DNA of 60,889 bases, from the NCBI GenBank assembly GCA_024403335.1, contig JAKSSA010000008.1, forward strand, positions 1 to 60,889, in the 5' to 3' direction. Numbering within the stretch: the stretch's first letter is position 1; every line of letters starts with the position of its first letter. Of the stretch, positions 1-9,868 are shown piece by piece. The translations under genes and the position numbers were made by a program. This DNA comes from Lachnospiraceae bacterium (GTDB lineage Bacteria; Bacillota; Clostridia; Lachnospirales; Lachnospiraceae). Below the pieces are notes generated by a model that saw only the letters and a program-made list of their open reading frames with translations, was not told the origin of the DNA and searched no databases.

Positions 1-635
1 AACAAATTGCCAATTATCTCTCTGTTTGATGCCATGACAGTTTTCATCATTTCGCCAATCTCAGCAGATATTGTGTCGCACTCGTCATACTTTCTTGCAT
101 TAAGTGAATTTTCAAAGTTTCTCATCAGATTTTTGAAATTTTCTGCCTGGTCCGGATAAAAAACATAGGTTTCAGACATAACTCCATACTTCTCAAGAGC
201 TGATTTATAATTATCAATCATCACCTCTTCCGTTGTTCTGCCATCATCTATGCCGTCTTTTTTATCCCCCAAACCAAGTATTCCGTTTCCACCATTTGCG
301 ACCTCATTAGGTTTATTGACATCCATATTCGTGTTTTCAGTTGCAGGTTTTACATAAAAAGCAGAAACACTTGTGTTATCAAGCACAATACCTGTTATAA
401 GGCATATGACAAACACACAGGCAACCGTAATCAATCCGGCTTTTGACTTCCAGAAATCTTTTATCGCTTCTGACATGCCTTTTTCAAAGATGAAAGAAAA
501 CTTGGCATTTTCCTTTATCAGCTTTTCACGATTCTTTTTAACCTTACTTGGCTTTTTCTCTTTGGCCACATTCTTCTCTTTGTCTGTGCTATTCTCTTCC
601 TCTGTATTCGTTTTTTCTTTAATCTCTTTTTCCAT
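1..635 (-). CDS. hypothetical membrane-anchored protein, partial (N-terminus at 635; gene runs off the window start)
   Basis: Hand translation of the minus strand from 635 to 1 gives 211 codons with no stop (MEKEIKEKTNTEEENSTDKEKNVAKEKKPSKVKKNREKLIKENAKFSFIFEKGMSEAIKDFWKSKAGLITVACVFVICLITGIVLDNTSVS...). It has a lysine-rich N-terminus and one hydrophobic helix. Its ATG overlaps the pepF stop (TAATG), which suggests translational coupling. It is absent from the ORF track, presumably because it has no in-window stop. Confidence 0.5.
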   Translation of the reverse strand, partial: MEKEIKEKTNTEEENSTDKEKNVAKEKKPSKVKKNREKLIKENAKFSFIFEKGMSEAIKDFWKSKAGLITVACVFVICLITGIVLDNTSVSAFYVKPATENTNMDVNKPNEVANGGNGILGLGDKKDGIDDGRTTEEVMIDNYKSALEKYGVMSETYVFYPDQAENFKNLMRNFENSLNARKYDECDTISAEIGEMMKTVMASNREIIGNL

Positions 636-2428
636 TAAATATTTTTCTCAAGCTCATCCATCATTTCGTCAAATACCTTTAATGCAGCTTCCAAAGGCTC
701 TTTGCTTGCCATATCAACTCCTGCAATCTTCAAAAGCTCAATAGGAGTCTTTGTGCATCCGCCTGAAAGGAATTTCTTGTAATCGTCTGCTGCTTCCTTT
801 CCAAGCTTTAAAATACGGTCTGACAAAGCCATAGCTGCTGCAAAACCGGTAGCATACTGATAAACATAGAAGTTCATATAGAAATGAGGAATTCTTGACC
901 ATTCGCATCTGATAAGATCATCATTTACAACACCAGGTCCGTAATACTTTCCATTAAGTTCATAATAAAGCTTCTCTAAAGCATCAGCTGTTAAGCTCTC
1001 GCCTCTTTCAGCCATTTCAGCTGTTCTCAATTCGAATTCAGCGAACATCGTCTGACGATAGAAGGTAGTTCTGTAATCATCAAGCAAGTGGTTAATGATA
1101 TAAGCCTTTTCTTCTGCAGTCTGCGCATTCTTAAGCATATGCTTTGCAAGTAACGCTTCATTGCAAATTGATGCAACTTCTGCAACGAAGATCTTGTAGC
1201 CTGAATTCATAGGTGTCTGGTACTTGCATGAAAGATATGAATGCATTGCATGTCCAAGCTCATGTGCAAGTGTGAAAACGCTGTCTAATGACTCATCATA
1301 ATTCAAAAGAACATAAGGATGAACACCATAGCAGCCTGATGAATATGCACCGCTTCTCTTGCCTTCGTTTTCATAAATATCAATCCATCTTTCAGCAAAT
1401 GCCTTCTCTAAAAGTTCCTGATAGTCCTTTCCTAAAGGAGCAAGGCCTTCAATTACAATCTTCTTTGCTTCTTCAAAAGGAATCTTCTTATCAACACCCT
1501 TAATTACAGGAAGATGCAAGTCATACATGTGAAGCTCTTCATAACCTAAAAGTTTTCTTCTGATTTCCATGTAACGATACATCTTATCAACATTTTCATT
1601 ACATACAGCAATAAGATTTCTGCATACTGATTCAGGCACATCATTTCTGTCTGTCGCAGCCTGTAAGCAGTTATCATACTTTCTTACTCTCATATTGAAA
1701 ATTCTTTTCTTAACTTCTGTAGAATAGTTTGCTGCAATTGTATTTCTAAAAGCCTTATAGCTTTCATAGAACTTTTCAAAGAAATTTGCACGTACTGCTC
1801 TGTCTGTTGAATTAAGGAAGGTTGCATATCTTCCGTTTGTAATCTGAACATCCTCTCCTGTTTCATCCTTTATTACAGGGAACTTCAAATCTGCATTTGA
1901 GAACATTGAAAAAATGGTTGAAGGTGCGCTGAAAAGTTCACCAGCCAAAGCGATAATTCTTTCTTCTTCTGCTGAAAGTGTATGAGCTGCCCTTCTTAAA
2001 ATTTCTTCAAGTGAAAGACGATATTTCTCAAGTCCAGGTTCCTCTTTATAAAAACTTTCAATCTTTTCGCTTCCGATAGCAAGAATTTCTGAATTAATAT
2101 ATGAAATACTGCTTCCGAAGATGGAATATACAGTTCTTGCCTGCATCATTCTTGCCTGATTTTCGGCGTTTGCAGTATCCTGGTCTGCAAGTCTTGCTGC
2201 ATAGGAATATGCTCTTCCAAGTACCAAATCAGATTCCTCGAGCAAATCATGTACTTCCAAAAGTTTCTTTGCATTATTAAGCTGTCCTTTATATGAAGCG
2301 ATTTTATCACCAAGTCCCTTAATCTTTTCTATATCCTTCTGATAATCTTCTACTGTTGCATAAAGATCACTTGTATTCCAGGTGTCTTCAACTCTTACTT
2401 CACTTCTCTTTTTTAATTCTTTTGCCAT
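635..2428 (-). CDS. pepF: oligoendopeptidase F (M3B zinc metallopeptidase)
   Basis: 597 aa with the HEXXH zinc motif in 'FTLAHELGHAMHSYLS' and M3-family length and architecture. Confidence 0.85.
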   Translation of the reverse strand: MAKELKKRSEVRVEDTWNTSDLYATVEDYQKDIEKIKGLGDKIASYKGQLNNAKKLLEVHDLLEESDLVLGRAYSYAARLADQDTANAENQARMMQARTVYSIFGSSISYINSEILAIGSEKIESFYKEEPGLEKYRLSLEEILRRAAHTLSAEEERIIALAGELFSAPSTIFSMFSNADLKFPVIKDETGEDVQITNGRYATFLNSTDRAVRANFFEKFYESYKAFRNTIAANYSTEVKKRIFNMRVRKYDNCLQAATDRNDVPESVCRNLIAVCNENVDKMYRYMEIRRKLLGYEELHMYDLHLPVIKGVDKKIPFEEAKKIVIEGLAPLGKDYQELLEKAFAERWIDIYENEGKRSGAYSSGCYGVHPYVLLNYDESLDSVFTLAHELGHAMHSYLSCKYQTPMNSGYKIFVAEVASICNEALLAKHMLKNAQTAEEKAYIINHLLDDYRTTFYRQTMFAEFELRTAEMAERGESLTADALEKLYYELNGKYYGPGVVNDDLIRCEWSRIPHFYMNFYVYQYATGFAAAMALSDRILKLGKEAADDYKKFLSGGCTKTPIELLKIAGVDMASKEPLEAALKVFDEMMDELEKNI

Positions 2429-2507
2429 AACTCCTCCATTATCACGCTAAAAAGCGATATTAATCATATTTTATAGAAACTCTTCCAAAATATCAACAAA
2501 TCTTTCC

Positions 2508-2556
2508 ATAAAAAAAATGGTTTTCAATCGGTTATTATACCTTTTGAAAACCATTT
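2508..2556 (-). terminator. rho-independent terminator downstream of hflK/hflC
   Basis: Perfect 13-bp inverted repeat AAATGGTTTTCAA (2515-2527) / TTGAAAACCATTT (2544-2556). An A-run at 2510-2517 gives a U-tract on the minus-strand transcript. Confidence 0.6.
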
Positions 2557-2567
2557 CATCAGATAAG

Positions 2568-3494
2568 TTACTCAACCTGGTAGAATATTTCAGCTATAGG
2601 TGAATCTTCACTTAGAATAATTGTCTTGTCTCCTGATGCAAAGCTTTCTTTTAATGCGTCAAGTGCTAATACAAATGTATAGAAATCTGCTTTATCCTGA
2701 TCGTTATATGCTTCTGAAAGAATCTGCATGTACTCTGCTTCGCCTTCTGCAATAAGCTTTTCTGCCTTTGCCTTTGCTTCTGATAATGTAATGGTTACAC
2801 TCTTATCTGTCTCTGTACGAATCTTTTTAGCTTCTGCCTCACCGCTTGCTTTGTAAGAAGCTGCGATATTGTTTCTTTCAGAAATCATTCTTTCATAAAC
2901 TGCTGACTTGTTTTCTTCAGGTAAATCAAGTCGCTTAATTTCAATAGAGCTAAAAGATATTCCGTACTGATCCATTGTAGTTCCAATTGCATTGAAAATG
3001 CTTTCGTTCAAGGAACCGTCTCTTCCTGAAATAACGTCATTCTTTGAAAGTTTTGAAATCTCGTTCTTCATCGCATTGTAAACAGTTGTATTAATACGGC
3101 TTTGTGCATTGGGAATTTGTGAATTCAAGGTCTGAACAAACTTCAAAGGATTTTCAATTCTCCAAAGTACATAAGCATCAACAACCATAGTTTCCTTCTC
3201 ACTTGTAATAACATCAGAAGGCTCCAAATCGTAATAAAGAAGCTTTTTAGGAAGTGTTGAGGTTGTCTGGATAAAAGGAACTTTGAAGGATACTCCTGCT
3301 TCATCAATAATATGATCAACCTTTCCAAACTGTTTTACAAGTGTATACTCATCCTCATTTGTTACTACCATTGAAGAACCTAAGACAATGACTGCCAAAA
3401 GAACACATACTAAAATAATAACAGTCTTAATCATGCTTTTGCCGGCTTGTACGGCTTTTCCTTTTTGATTAACATTATAATCTATTGTAGCCAT
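2568..3494 (-). CDS. hflC: SPFH/band-7 protein, HflC-like
   Basis: 308 aa with an N-terminal TM helix and an SPFH-domain sequence. It lies immediately downstream of an HflK-like gene with a TAATG stop/start overlap. Confidence 0.7.
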   Translation of the reverse strand: MATIDYNVNQKGKAVQAGKSMIKTVIILVCVLLAVIVLGSSMVVTNEDEYTLVKQFGKVDHIIDEAGVSFKVPFIQTTSTLPKKLLYYDLEPSDVITSEKETMVVDAYVLWRIENPLKFVQTLNSQIPNAQSRINTTVYNAMKNEISKLSKNDVISGRDGSLNESIFNAIGTTMDQYGISFSSIEIKRLDLPEENKSAVYERMISERNNIAASYKASGEAEAKKIRTETDKSVTITLSEAKAKAEKLIAEGEAEYMQILSEAYNDQDKADFYTFVLALDALKESFASGDKTIILSEDSPIAEIFYQVE

Positions 3495-4405
3495 TATTTC
3501 ACTCCTTCCTCAATAACATAGTGTTTGCTCATGGATTCATCAGAAGAGATGATTACCTTTAATCCGGGAAGTACATTTCTCATTGCTTCAAAATACATTC
3601 TCTTCTTTGTGATGAGCGGGTAATTCTTATATTCGTTATACAACGCTTCAAATCTTGCAACCTGACCATTTGCTTCATTTACTCTTGCGGCCTTTTCTGC
3701 TTCAGCAGCCTTAATAATCTGGTCTGCCTGAGCTTCTGCTGCAGGAAGCTGTTCGTTTGAATACTTCTTCGCATTGTTAATAGCTGTTTCCTTGCCCTGC
3801 TTTGCTGCTTCAACTGCAGTAAAGGCTTCCATAACCTCTGCTGTGGGCGGCTCTGAATCCTGAATAGTTATATTAACAAGCTGGATACCGATTTCTTCCT
3901 TCTCAAGTGTTTCGATAACATTTTCCTTAATCGCAGACTGGATTTCAGATTTTCCTGTGGTAATAACACTGTCAACATCTGTTGTTCCTACTACATTACG
4001 AATGCAGCTTTGTGTAACCATCTTAAGAATATTTACAGGATCTTCAGAAGCATAAAGCATCTTCACAGGATCAATTACTCTGTATTCAACATAAAAATCA
4101 ACATTAACAAAGTTAAAATCACTTGTAATCATTACACTTTCGTCTGAATTTGTAAGATTATGCTCCTCGTAGTATCCGATTGCAAAGCCCTTAATGGTTG
4201 TATCAACCTTTTGAACCTTCTGAATAAGAGGAAGCTTCAAATGAAGACCGGGCTCACTGACAGCTTCAGGAACACCGAAGGTAACAACTACTGCCTGTTC
4301 CTGATCACTTATAGTATAAAAACTGCCAAAAAACAGAATTAATACAATAAGACCAATCGCTGTAAACTTAACAATTTTTACCATTTTTTCATTTGATATT
4401 TTCAT
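3494..4405 (-). CDS. hflK: SPFH/band-7 protein, HflK-like
   Basis: SPFH domain with an Ala/Glu-rich coiled-coil tail typical of HflK. The likely start is MKISNEK at 4405, preceded by GAAAGGA. The ORF track's longer start (4465) lacks an RBS. Confidence 0.7.
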   Translation of the reverse strand: MKISNEKMVKIVKFTAIGLIVLILFFGSFYTISDQEQAVVVTFGVPEAVSEPGLHLKLPLIQKVQKVDTTIKGFAIGYYEEHNLTNSDESVMITSDFNFVNVDFYVEYRVIDPVKMLYASEDPVNILKMVTQSCIRNVVGTTDVDSVITTGKSEIQSAIKENVIETLEKEEIGIQLVNITIQDSEPPTAEVMEAFTAVEAAKQGKETAINNAKKYSNEQLPAAEAQADQIIKAAEAEKAARVNEANGQVARFEALYNEYKNYPLITKKRMYFEAMRNVLPGLKVIISSDESMSKHYVIEEGVK

Positions 4406-4531
4406 TGTTTTTTTCCTTTCTTTTTTTGTTGCGAACGGATTATAACACAAATAATAATTTTTCAAACAATTTGGCTCAAGATTTAAGCAAGTTTTAATAA
4501 ATTCTTAAGAAAAGCGGTTAAAAAAGGTATT

Positions 4532-4572
4532 AAAAAAGTTCGGAATATGTATTTCAAACCCATATTCCGAAC
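4532..4572 (-). terminator. rho-independent terminator downstream of degV
   Basis: GTTCGGAATATG (4538-4549) / CATATTCCGAAC (4561-4572) form a perfect 12-bp stem. The flanking AAAAAA (4532-4537) gives a U-tract on the minus transcript. Confidence 0.65.
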
Positions 4573-4614
4573 TTCGTACTTTTCTTTTGTCTTTTAATTC
4601 TTGAATTTAATTCT

Positions 4615-4680
4615 TTGTTTAAAAATTCTGTTTAAAATTCCTGTTTTAATTCCTGTTAAATTCCTGTTTAAATTCTCGTA
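4615..4680. repeat. degenerate 13-bp tandem repeat (about 5 copies, unit near TAAAATTCCTGTT) in the hflK upstream region
   Basis: Direct reading gives aaaaattctgttt / aaaattcctgtttt / aattcctgtt / aaattcctgttt / aaattctcgta. Confidence 0.6.
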
Positions 4681-4745
4681 AATTTTCTTAATTATTTAAC
4701 AACTTTTAACTTCTTCTTTGCAATCAGATTCCTTGAAAACAGTCC

Positions 4746-5597
4746 TTAGTCCGCGTAGAACAAAACGCCTATTGTTCCCGGACCGCAATGTGATGCAATT
4801 ACGCCACCTGCATTACTTTTATAGATATTTTCAAAATGCTTAAGCCCTGCAAGATAGTTATAAACCTCATCAACAATATCCTGGTCGCAGGTAGGGTAAG
4901 TAATAAATACATTGGTCGGTTCTGCTGATAACAAGTCACTTTCCATTTCAGTAACATATTTCATAACAGCTTTCTTGTAATCGCCGCGCATCTTTTTGGC
5001 AACACCCATTGCACCTTCTTTTACTTCAATTACAGGTTTAATTTTCAAAGCAGAAGCCAAAAATGCAGTCACTGAAGTGCATCTTCCACCACGAGCTAAA
5101 TAAGTAAGAGTATTGATAATAAATGAAGCTCTGACACTGTTTCTTTTAGCTTCTATCTCATTAACTATTTCTTCAGCAGTTTTTCCTTCATCTCTTAATT
5201 TGCAGGCTCTTAATATCTGAAGACCGATGCCTGATGAAAGGCTTTCTGAGTTTATAACAAAAAGTCTGTCATAGCCTAAAGACTCACCAACAAGTCTGAC
5301 AGAATTGCAGGTTGCTGACATCTGTTCTGAAATACCAAAAAAGATTGTATCAACACCATCCTCCATTAAAGGCTTAAGTACCTTTTCAATTCTGTCCATG
5401 GGAACCGCCTGGGTTTTAGGAGTTGTCTTGTTATTATCTGCCCATTCAAAAATATCTTTAACTGTTATTTCTTCTTTATCAAAATAACTTTTATCATCCA
5501 AAATTACGCACAAGGGTAAAATAGTGATATTATTTTTCCTGATCAATTCGTCTGTCAAATCGCAAGTACTGTCCGCAATAATTACTACCTTAGCCAT
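4746..5597 (-). CDS. DegV family fatty-acid-binding protein
   Basis: 283 aa. The N-terminus MAKVVIIADSTCDL matches the DegV signature (I.TDS.cDL), and the length is typical. Confidence 0.8.
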   Translation of the reverse strand: MAKVVIIADSTCDLTDELIRKNNITILPLCVILDDKSYFDKEEITVKDIFEWADNNKTTPKTQAVPMDRIEKVLKPLMEDGVDTIFFGISEQMSATCNSVRLVGESLGYDRLFVINSESLSSGIGLQILRACKLRDEGKTAEEIVNEIEAKRNSVRASFIINTLTYLARGGRCTSVTAFLASALKIKPVIEVKEGAMGVAKKMRGDYKKAVMKYVTEMESDLLSAEPTNVFITYPTCDQDIVDEVYNYLAGLKHFENIYKSNAGGVIASHCGPGTIGVLFYAD

Positions 5598-5799
5598 AAT
5601 TCCACCCTTTCAGAATTTTCGGGATAATCCCAAAAAAATTCGCGTATCTTAATTTATATTTAGTATATCACAAAAAGTGAAGTCATGCAAACATAATTAG
5701 CAATTTAGTTAATTTCCATCTGATTTTCAGCTTAATTTCTGTTTGTTTTTCAACTTAATTTCTATTTAGTTTCAGCTTAATTATCAGGTTAAAAAACAT

Positions 5800-5828
5800 T
5801 TGATTTATAATAGGAAATTAAGTATAAT
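5800..5828 (+). promoter_or_regulatory. sigma-A type promoter for proS (TTGATT-17-TATAAT)
   Basis: TTGATT at 5800-5805, a 17-nt spacer, and TATAAT at 5823-5828, about 80 nt upstream of the proS ATG. Confidence 0.5.
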
Positions 5829-5907
5829 ATTTTTTTAGTTTAAGAGCATTTTACAAGCTCATTAAACGTTGTTATTTAACCAATAATTCATAAAAGAGGT
5901 ATATACT

Positions 5908-7335
5908 ATGGCAGATTTAAAGAATGATGCAATCACTTCCATGGATGAAGACTTTGCGCAGTGGTACACAGACATCGTAAAAAAAGCCGAACTGATTGAA
6001 TATTCAGGTATCAAGGGCTGTATGATTATCAGACCTTTCGGCTATGCTATCTGGGAAGCTATCCAGAAGGAGCTCGACAGACGTTTCAAGGAAACAGGTG
6101 TTGAGAACGTTTACATGCCCATGTTCATTCCTGAAAGCTTACTTAATAAGGAGAAAGATCATGTTGAAGGTTTCGCACCCGAAGTTGCATGGGTAACCAT
6201 GGGTGGTGGAGAAACTTTACAGGAAAGACTTTGTGTACGTCCTACTTCAGAGACACTTTTCTGTGACCTTTACTCAAAAATCGTAGGCTCTTACAGAGAT
6301 TTGCCCAAGGTATACAACCAGTGGTGCTCAGTAGTTCGCTGGGAAAAAACAACCCGTCCCTTCCTTCGTTCAATGGAATTTTTATGGCAGGAAGGTCACA
6401 CAGCACATGCTACTGAAGAAGAAGCACAAGAAAGAACAATTCAGATGCTCAATGTTTATGCAGACTTTGCTGAGGAATTTCTTGCAATCCCCATGATTAA
6501 GGGACGTAAAACAGATAAAGAAAAGTTTGCCGGTGCAAATGCAACCTATACAATGGAAGCTTTGATGCATGACGGAAAAGCATTACAGTCAGGTACAAGC
6601 CACAACTTCGGTGATGGCTTTGCCCATGCATTTGATATTAAGTACACAGATAAAAACAACAAGCTTCAGTATGTACATCAGACTTCATGGGGCGTTTCAA
6701 CACGTATCATCGGTGCAATCATCATGGTTCATGGTGACAACAACGGTCTCGTTCTTCCTCCTATGGTTGCTCCTACTCAGGTTGTTATCGTTCCTATCAG
6801 ACAGCAGGCTGAAGGCGTACTTGAAACTGCCGCAAAGATTAAAACAAGTCTTTCTGACTTAAGAGTCAAGCTTGATGATTCAGATCGTTCACCTGGCTGG
6901 AAGTTCGCTGAACATGAAATGCATGGCGTTCCTGTAAGAATTGAAATCGGACCTAAGGATATTCAGGAAAATCATGCTGTTGTTGCAAGAAGAGATACAG
7001 GCGAAAAGACTGTTGTATCCTTAGACGAGCTCGAAAACTATGTTCGTGAATTACTTAAGACCATTCAGAAGGATATGCTTGAAAGAGCAAGAAAGCACAG
7101 AGATGCTCATACCTATGAAGCAACAAATCTTGAAGAAATGACAGAAATCGCAGCTAACAAGCCCGGCTTTATCAAAGCTATGTGGTGCGGTGAAAGAGAA
7201 TGCGAAGATGCACTTAAGGAAAAAGTTGGCGTAACCTCACGCTGCATGCCTTTTGAGCAGGAAAAGATCTCTGAAAATTGTGTTTGCTGCGGAAAGAAAG
7301 CAAAATCAATGGTATATTGGGGCAAGGCATACTAA
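5908..7335 (+). CDS. proS: proline--tRNA ligase, archaeal/eukaryotic-like type (no editing insertion)
   Basis: 475 aa with class II aaRS motifs. The compact architecture has a C-terminal zinc-binding extension (CVCCGKK...VYWGKAY) characteristic of archaeal-type ProRS. Confidence 0.85.
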   Translation: MADLKNDAITSMDEDFAQWYTDIVKKAELIEYSGIKGCMIIRPFGYAIWEAIQKELDRRFKETGVENVYMPMFIPESLLNKEKDHVEGFAPEVAWVTMGGGETLQERLCVRPTSETLFCDLYSKIVGSYRDLPKVYNQWCSVVRWEKTTRPFLRSMEFLWQEGHTAHATEEEAQERTIQMLNVYADFAEEFLAIPMIKGRKTDKEKFAGANATYTMEALMHDGKALQSGTSHNFGDGFAHAFDIKYTDKNNKLQYVHQTSWGVSTRIIGAIIMVHGDNNGLVLPPMVAPTQVVIVPIRQQAEGVLETAAKIKTSLSDLRVKLDDSDRSPGWKFAEHEMHGVPVRIEIGPKDIQENHAVVARRDTGEKTVVSLDELENYVRELLKTIQKDMLERARKHRDAHTYEATNLEEMTEIAANKPGFIKAMWCGERECEDALKEKVGVTSRCMPFEQEKISENCVCCGKKAKSMVYWGKAY

Positions 7336-7386
7336 AAAGCCTTTGCTTTGATAATTTTTCACACTATAAAATCGGATTGAAGGTAC

Positions 7387-8736
7387 ATGGTAAGTTTTAA
7401 AATTCCTTACGGAGCAGAAGTTATAATCAAAACTCTCAACGACGCAGGCTTTGAGGCCTACGTCGTTGGTGGTTGTGTGAGAGATGCAATCTTAGGGAAA
7501 GTTCCAAATGACTGGGACATTACAACTTCTGCCACACCGCAGGAGGTAAAAAAACTTTTTAACAGAACCTTCGACACTGGAATTGAGCATGGAACAGTGA
7601 CTGTATTGCTTTGCAATGACCAGTTTGAAGTTACCACCTACAGAATTGACGGCAAATATTCAGATGGACGCCATCCGGAATCAGTAAGCTTCACAAGATG
7701 TCTCTCAGAAGACTTGTTAAGAAGGGATTTTACAATAAATGCAATGGCATATAATCCCACAAGCGGCTTAGTTGATTTGTATGACGGACAAAATGACTTA
7801 AAAAATGGCATTATCCGATGTGTAGGCAATCCTGAAGCCCGTTTTTTAGAAGACGCATTAAGAATATTGCGCGCAATAAGATTTTCTGCCCAATTAGGTT
7901 TTGAAATTGAAGAGGAAACCATGAAGGCTGCAAATAAGCTTTCACACAGATTAAAGCTAATCAGTGCAGAAAGAATTCGCGAAGAAATCTTAAAAACCCT
8001 GCTTTCTAATCGTGCTGAAAAGCTGTTGCTTTTAACCCAAATAAATGCTTTGTCAGAATATGCCATTCTTGATGGCATTTTAAGAATTCCCTGTGTTAAT
8101 AAATATCTTGAGGAAATAAACCGTATAAATTCTAAAATGCCGGATGCCGCCTTGGACCAGGCTTTGGACACTGCCTTAGGCAAAACCTTAAATAACGCTT
8201 TTGACATAGCTTCAGATAATTCTACTAATTCAAAGAATTACCTGAAAGAAAGCATTTCTAACAGAGATTTGTCACTTGCAGTTTTACTTTCATTAACAGA
8301 CAGTGAAAAAGCAAAACAGCTTTTGACTGATTTGAAATTTGACAATAAAGCCATCAGGCTCATAAGTGAACTTGTACACTTAAAAAATTATAAAATGTCT
8401 GATAGTGATTGCGACAGATATGCTGTTCGCAAGCTTATGTCCAAATTAGGTGATGACTTTTTTGCATTTATGAAATACAAATACAGTGCTGTAAGACTTG
8501 GTATTTCAAAAGAAGACGAAAACTATCTTAATACCTTTTATAGCTTTGCTGTCAGCATTATTGAAGATAATGAACCGCTTTTCTTAAAAGACCTTGCAAT
8601 TAATGGAAATGATTTAATTTCATTAGGAATTACCGGTCATAAAATTGGCGAGACTTTGAATATGCTGCTTGAAGAAGTTTTATTAAATCCCAAACTTAAC
8701 GAAAAGGATTTATTATTAAATATTGCCAGGGGATAA
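7387..8736 (+). CDS. cca: CCA-adding tRNA nucleotidyltransferase
   Basis: Pol-beta nucleotidyltransferase head (GGCVRDAILGKVPNDWDITT ... RIDGKYSDGRHPESV). 449 aa. Confidence 0.8.
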   Translation: MVSFKIPYGAEVIIKTLNDAGFEAYVVGGCVRDAILGKVPNDWDITTSATPQEVKKLFNRTFDTGIEHGTVTVLLCNDQFEVTTYRIDGKYSDGRHPESVSFTRCLSEDLLRRDFTINAMAYNPTSGLVDLYDGQNDLKNGIIRCVGNPEARFLEDALRILRAIRFSAQLGFEIEEETMKAANKLSHRLKLISAERIREEILKTLLSNRAEKLLLLTQINALSEYAILDGILRIPCVNKYLEEINRINSKMPDAALDQALDTALGKTLNNAFDIASDNSTNSKNYLKESISNRDLSLAVLLSLTDSEKAKQLLTDLKFDNKAIRLISELVHLKNYKMSDSDCDRYAVRKLMSKLGDDFFAFMKYKYSAVRLGISKEDENYLNTFYSFAVSIIEDNEPLFLKDLAINGNDLISLGITGHKIGETLNMLLEEVLLNPKLNEKDLLLNIARG

Positions 8737-8737
8737 A

Positions 8738-9844
8738 ATGAGCTATCAACCAAAAAAAGACAATGGATTTGTAACTAAAATGCTGATTTTTTTAATCGCA
8801 GCTTTAGTGTTGCTTATTGTTTATTTTTTAGTTTCAAATGAAGACAAAAGTAAAGAGTCCGGAAAAAAGCCAACTCCCTCTCCTGCTTTAACAGAGGAAG
8901 TAAAAAAGGAAGATGATATAAATCTTGGAACTTATCTTTTTGTTGAATATGATTCCTCGAAGGAAATTCTTGTTTTTCACGATAATTATTCAGGGGAAAA
9001 TAAGTATATTCCGGTTTTAAATACCACATTGATTTATGACAGCTTTAATGTACCGATTGCCAAAACACAGCTTCGTTTTGGTGAAATGTATAATATTTAT
9101 GTTGATTCTGAGAATAATAACTTAAAAAGAGTTGAAGGCTCCAACCTTTTGTGGGAGAAAAAGTACCAAACCGGAATAAAGGTCAATAAAGAGCTTGGCA
9201 GAATCACCTTTGGAGAGACCTTAAATCCTGACGGCACAACCTCAATGGTATCAAATTATCGCTTTACTGATGCATTATTTGTTGTTTCAAACGGACAGGA
9301 ATATTCTCTTGATAAGCTTTCAGGAATTGATATGGTAACAATAAGAGGGCTTGGCGAAGTAGTTTACGAAATCATAGTAACAAAAGGTCATGGCAATCTT
9401 GCATTAACTAATGATGAGGATTTCTATGGTGGAACTTTATATGCCGGAAGCTATGAATTCACCATTGATCCGCACAAAACCTATACCTTAAAAGAAGGAA
9501 CCTATAAAATGGTTCTCAGTAAAGGAAGCTTTAACGCTGAAGCAGACATAGAAATAAAAAGAGACGAAACACTGATATTTGATGCCATCTCCTACGGCAG
9601 CGGTCCTAAGGAATATGCGCAGGTTCGTTTTACGGTTGATCCTTTGTTTGCTGAAGTTTTTATAAATGGTGAAAAAACCGATTATTATAATAAGGAACTG
9701 ACTCTTTTATACGGAGATTATGATATTATAGTTTCTCTTGGAGGTTACGAAACCTACAACGAGAAACTCACTGTTGACAAAGCAGAAATAAATAAACAAA
9801 TCTGGTTAAATGAATTGCCTGAAGAAGGCAGTGAAGAAGAATAA
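8738..9844 (+). CDS. membrane-anchored hypothetical protein with PEGA-like beta-rich repeats
   Basis: N-terminal TM helix. Two C-terminal segments resemble the PEGA domain (FAEVFINGEKTDYYNKELTLLYGDYDIIVSLGGYETY). The start is chosen at MSYQPKK (8738) after the cca stop with GGGGA as RBS. The track start at 8723 overlaps cca. Confidence 0.45.
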   Translation: MSYQPKKDNGFVTKMLIFLIAALVLLIVYFLVSNEDKSKESGKKPTPSPALTEEVKKEDDINLGTYLFVEYDSSKEILVFHDNYSGENKYIPVLNTTLIYDSFNVPIAKTQLRFGEMYNIYVDSENNNLKRVEGSNLLWEKKYQTGIKVNKELGRITFGETLNPDGTTSMVSNYRFTDALFVVSNGQEYSLDKLSGIDMVTIRGLGEVVYEIIVTKGHGNLALTNDEDFYGGTLYAGSYEFTIDPHKTYTLKEGTYKMVLSKGSFNAEADIEIKRDETLIFDAISYGSGPKEYAQVRFTVDPLFAEVFINGEKTDYYNKELTLLYGDYDIIVSLGGYETYNEKLTVDKAEINKQIWLNELPEEGSEEE

Positions 9845-9868
9845 TGTTTTAGCAAATGGGGGTGTATT

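Noticed and set aside
7638-8207. 189-aa antisense ORF inside cca
   Set aside because: Antisense to a well-supported gene. Ser/Leu-rich low-complexity translation.
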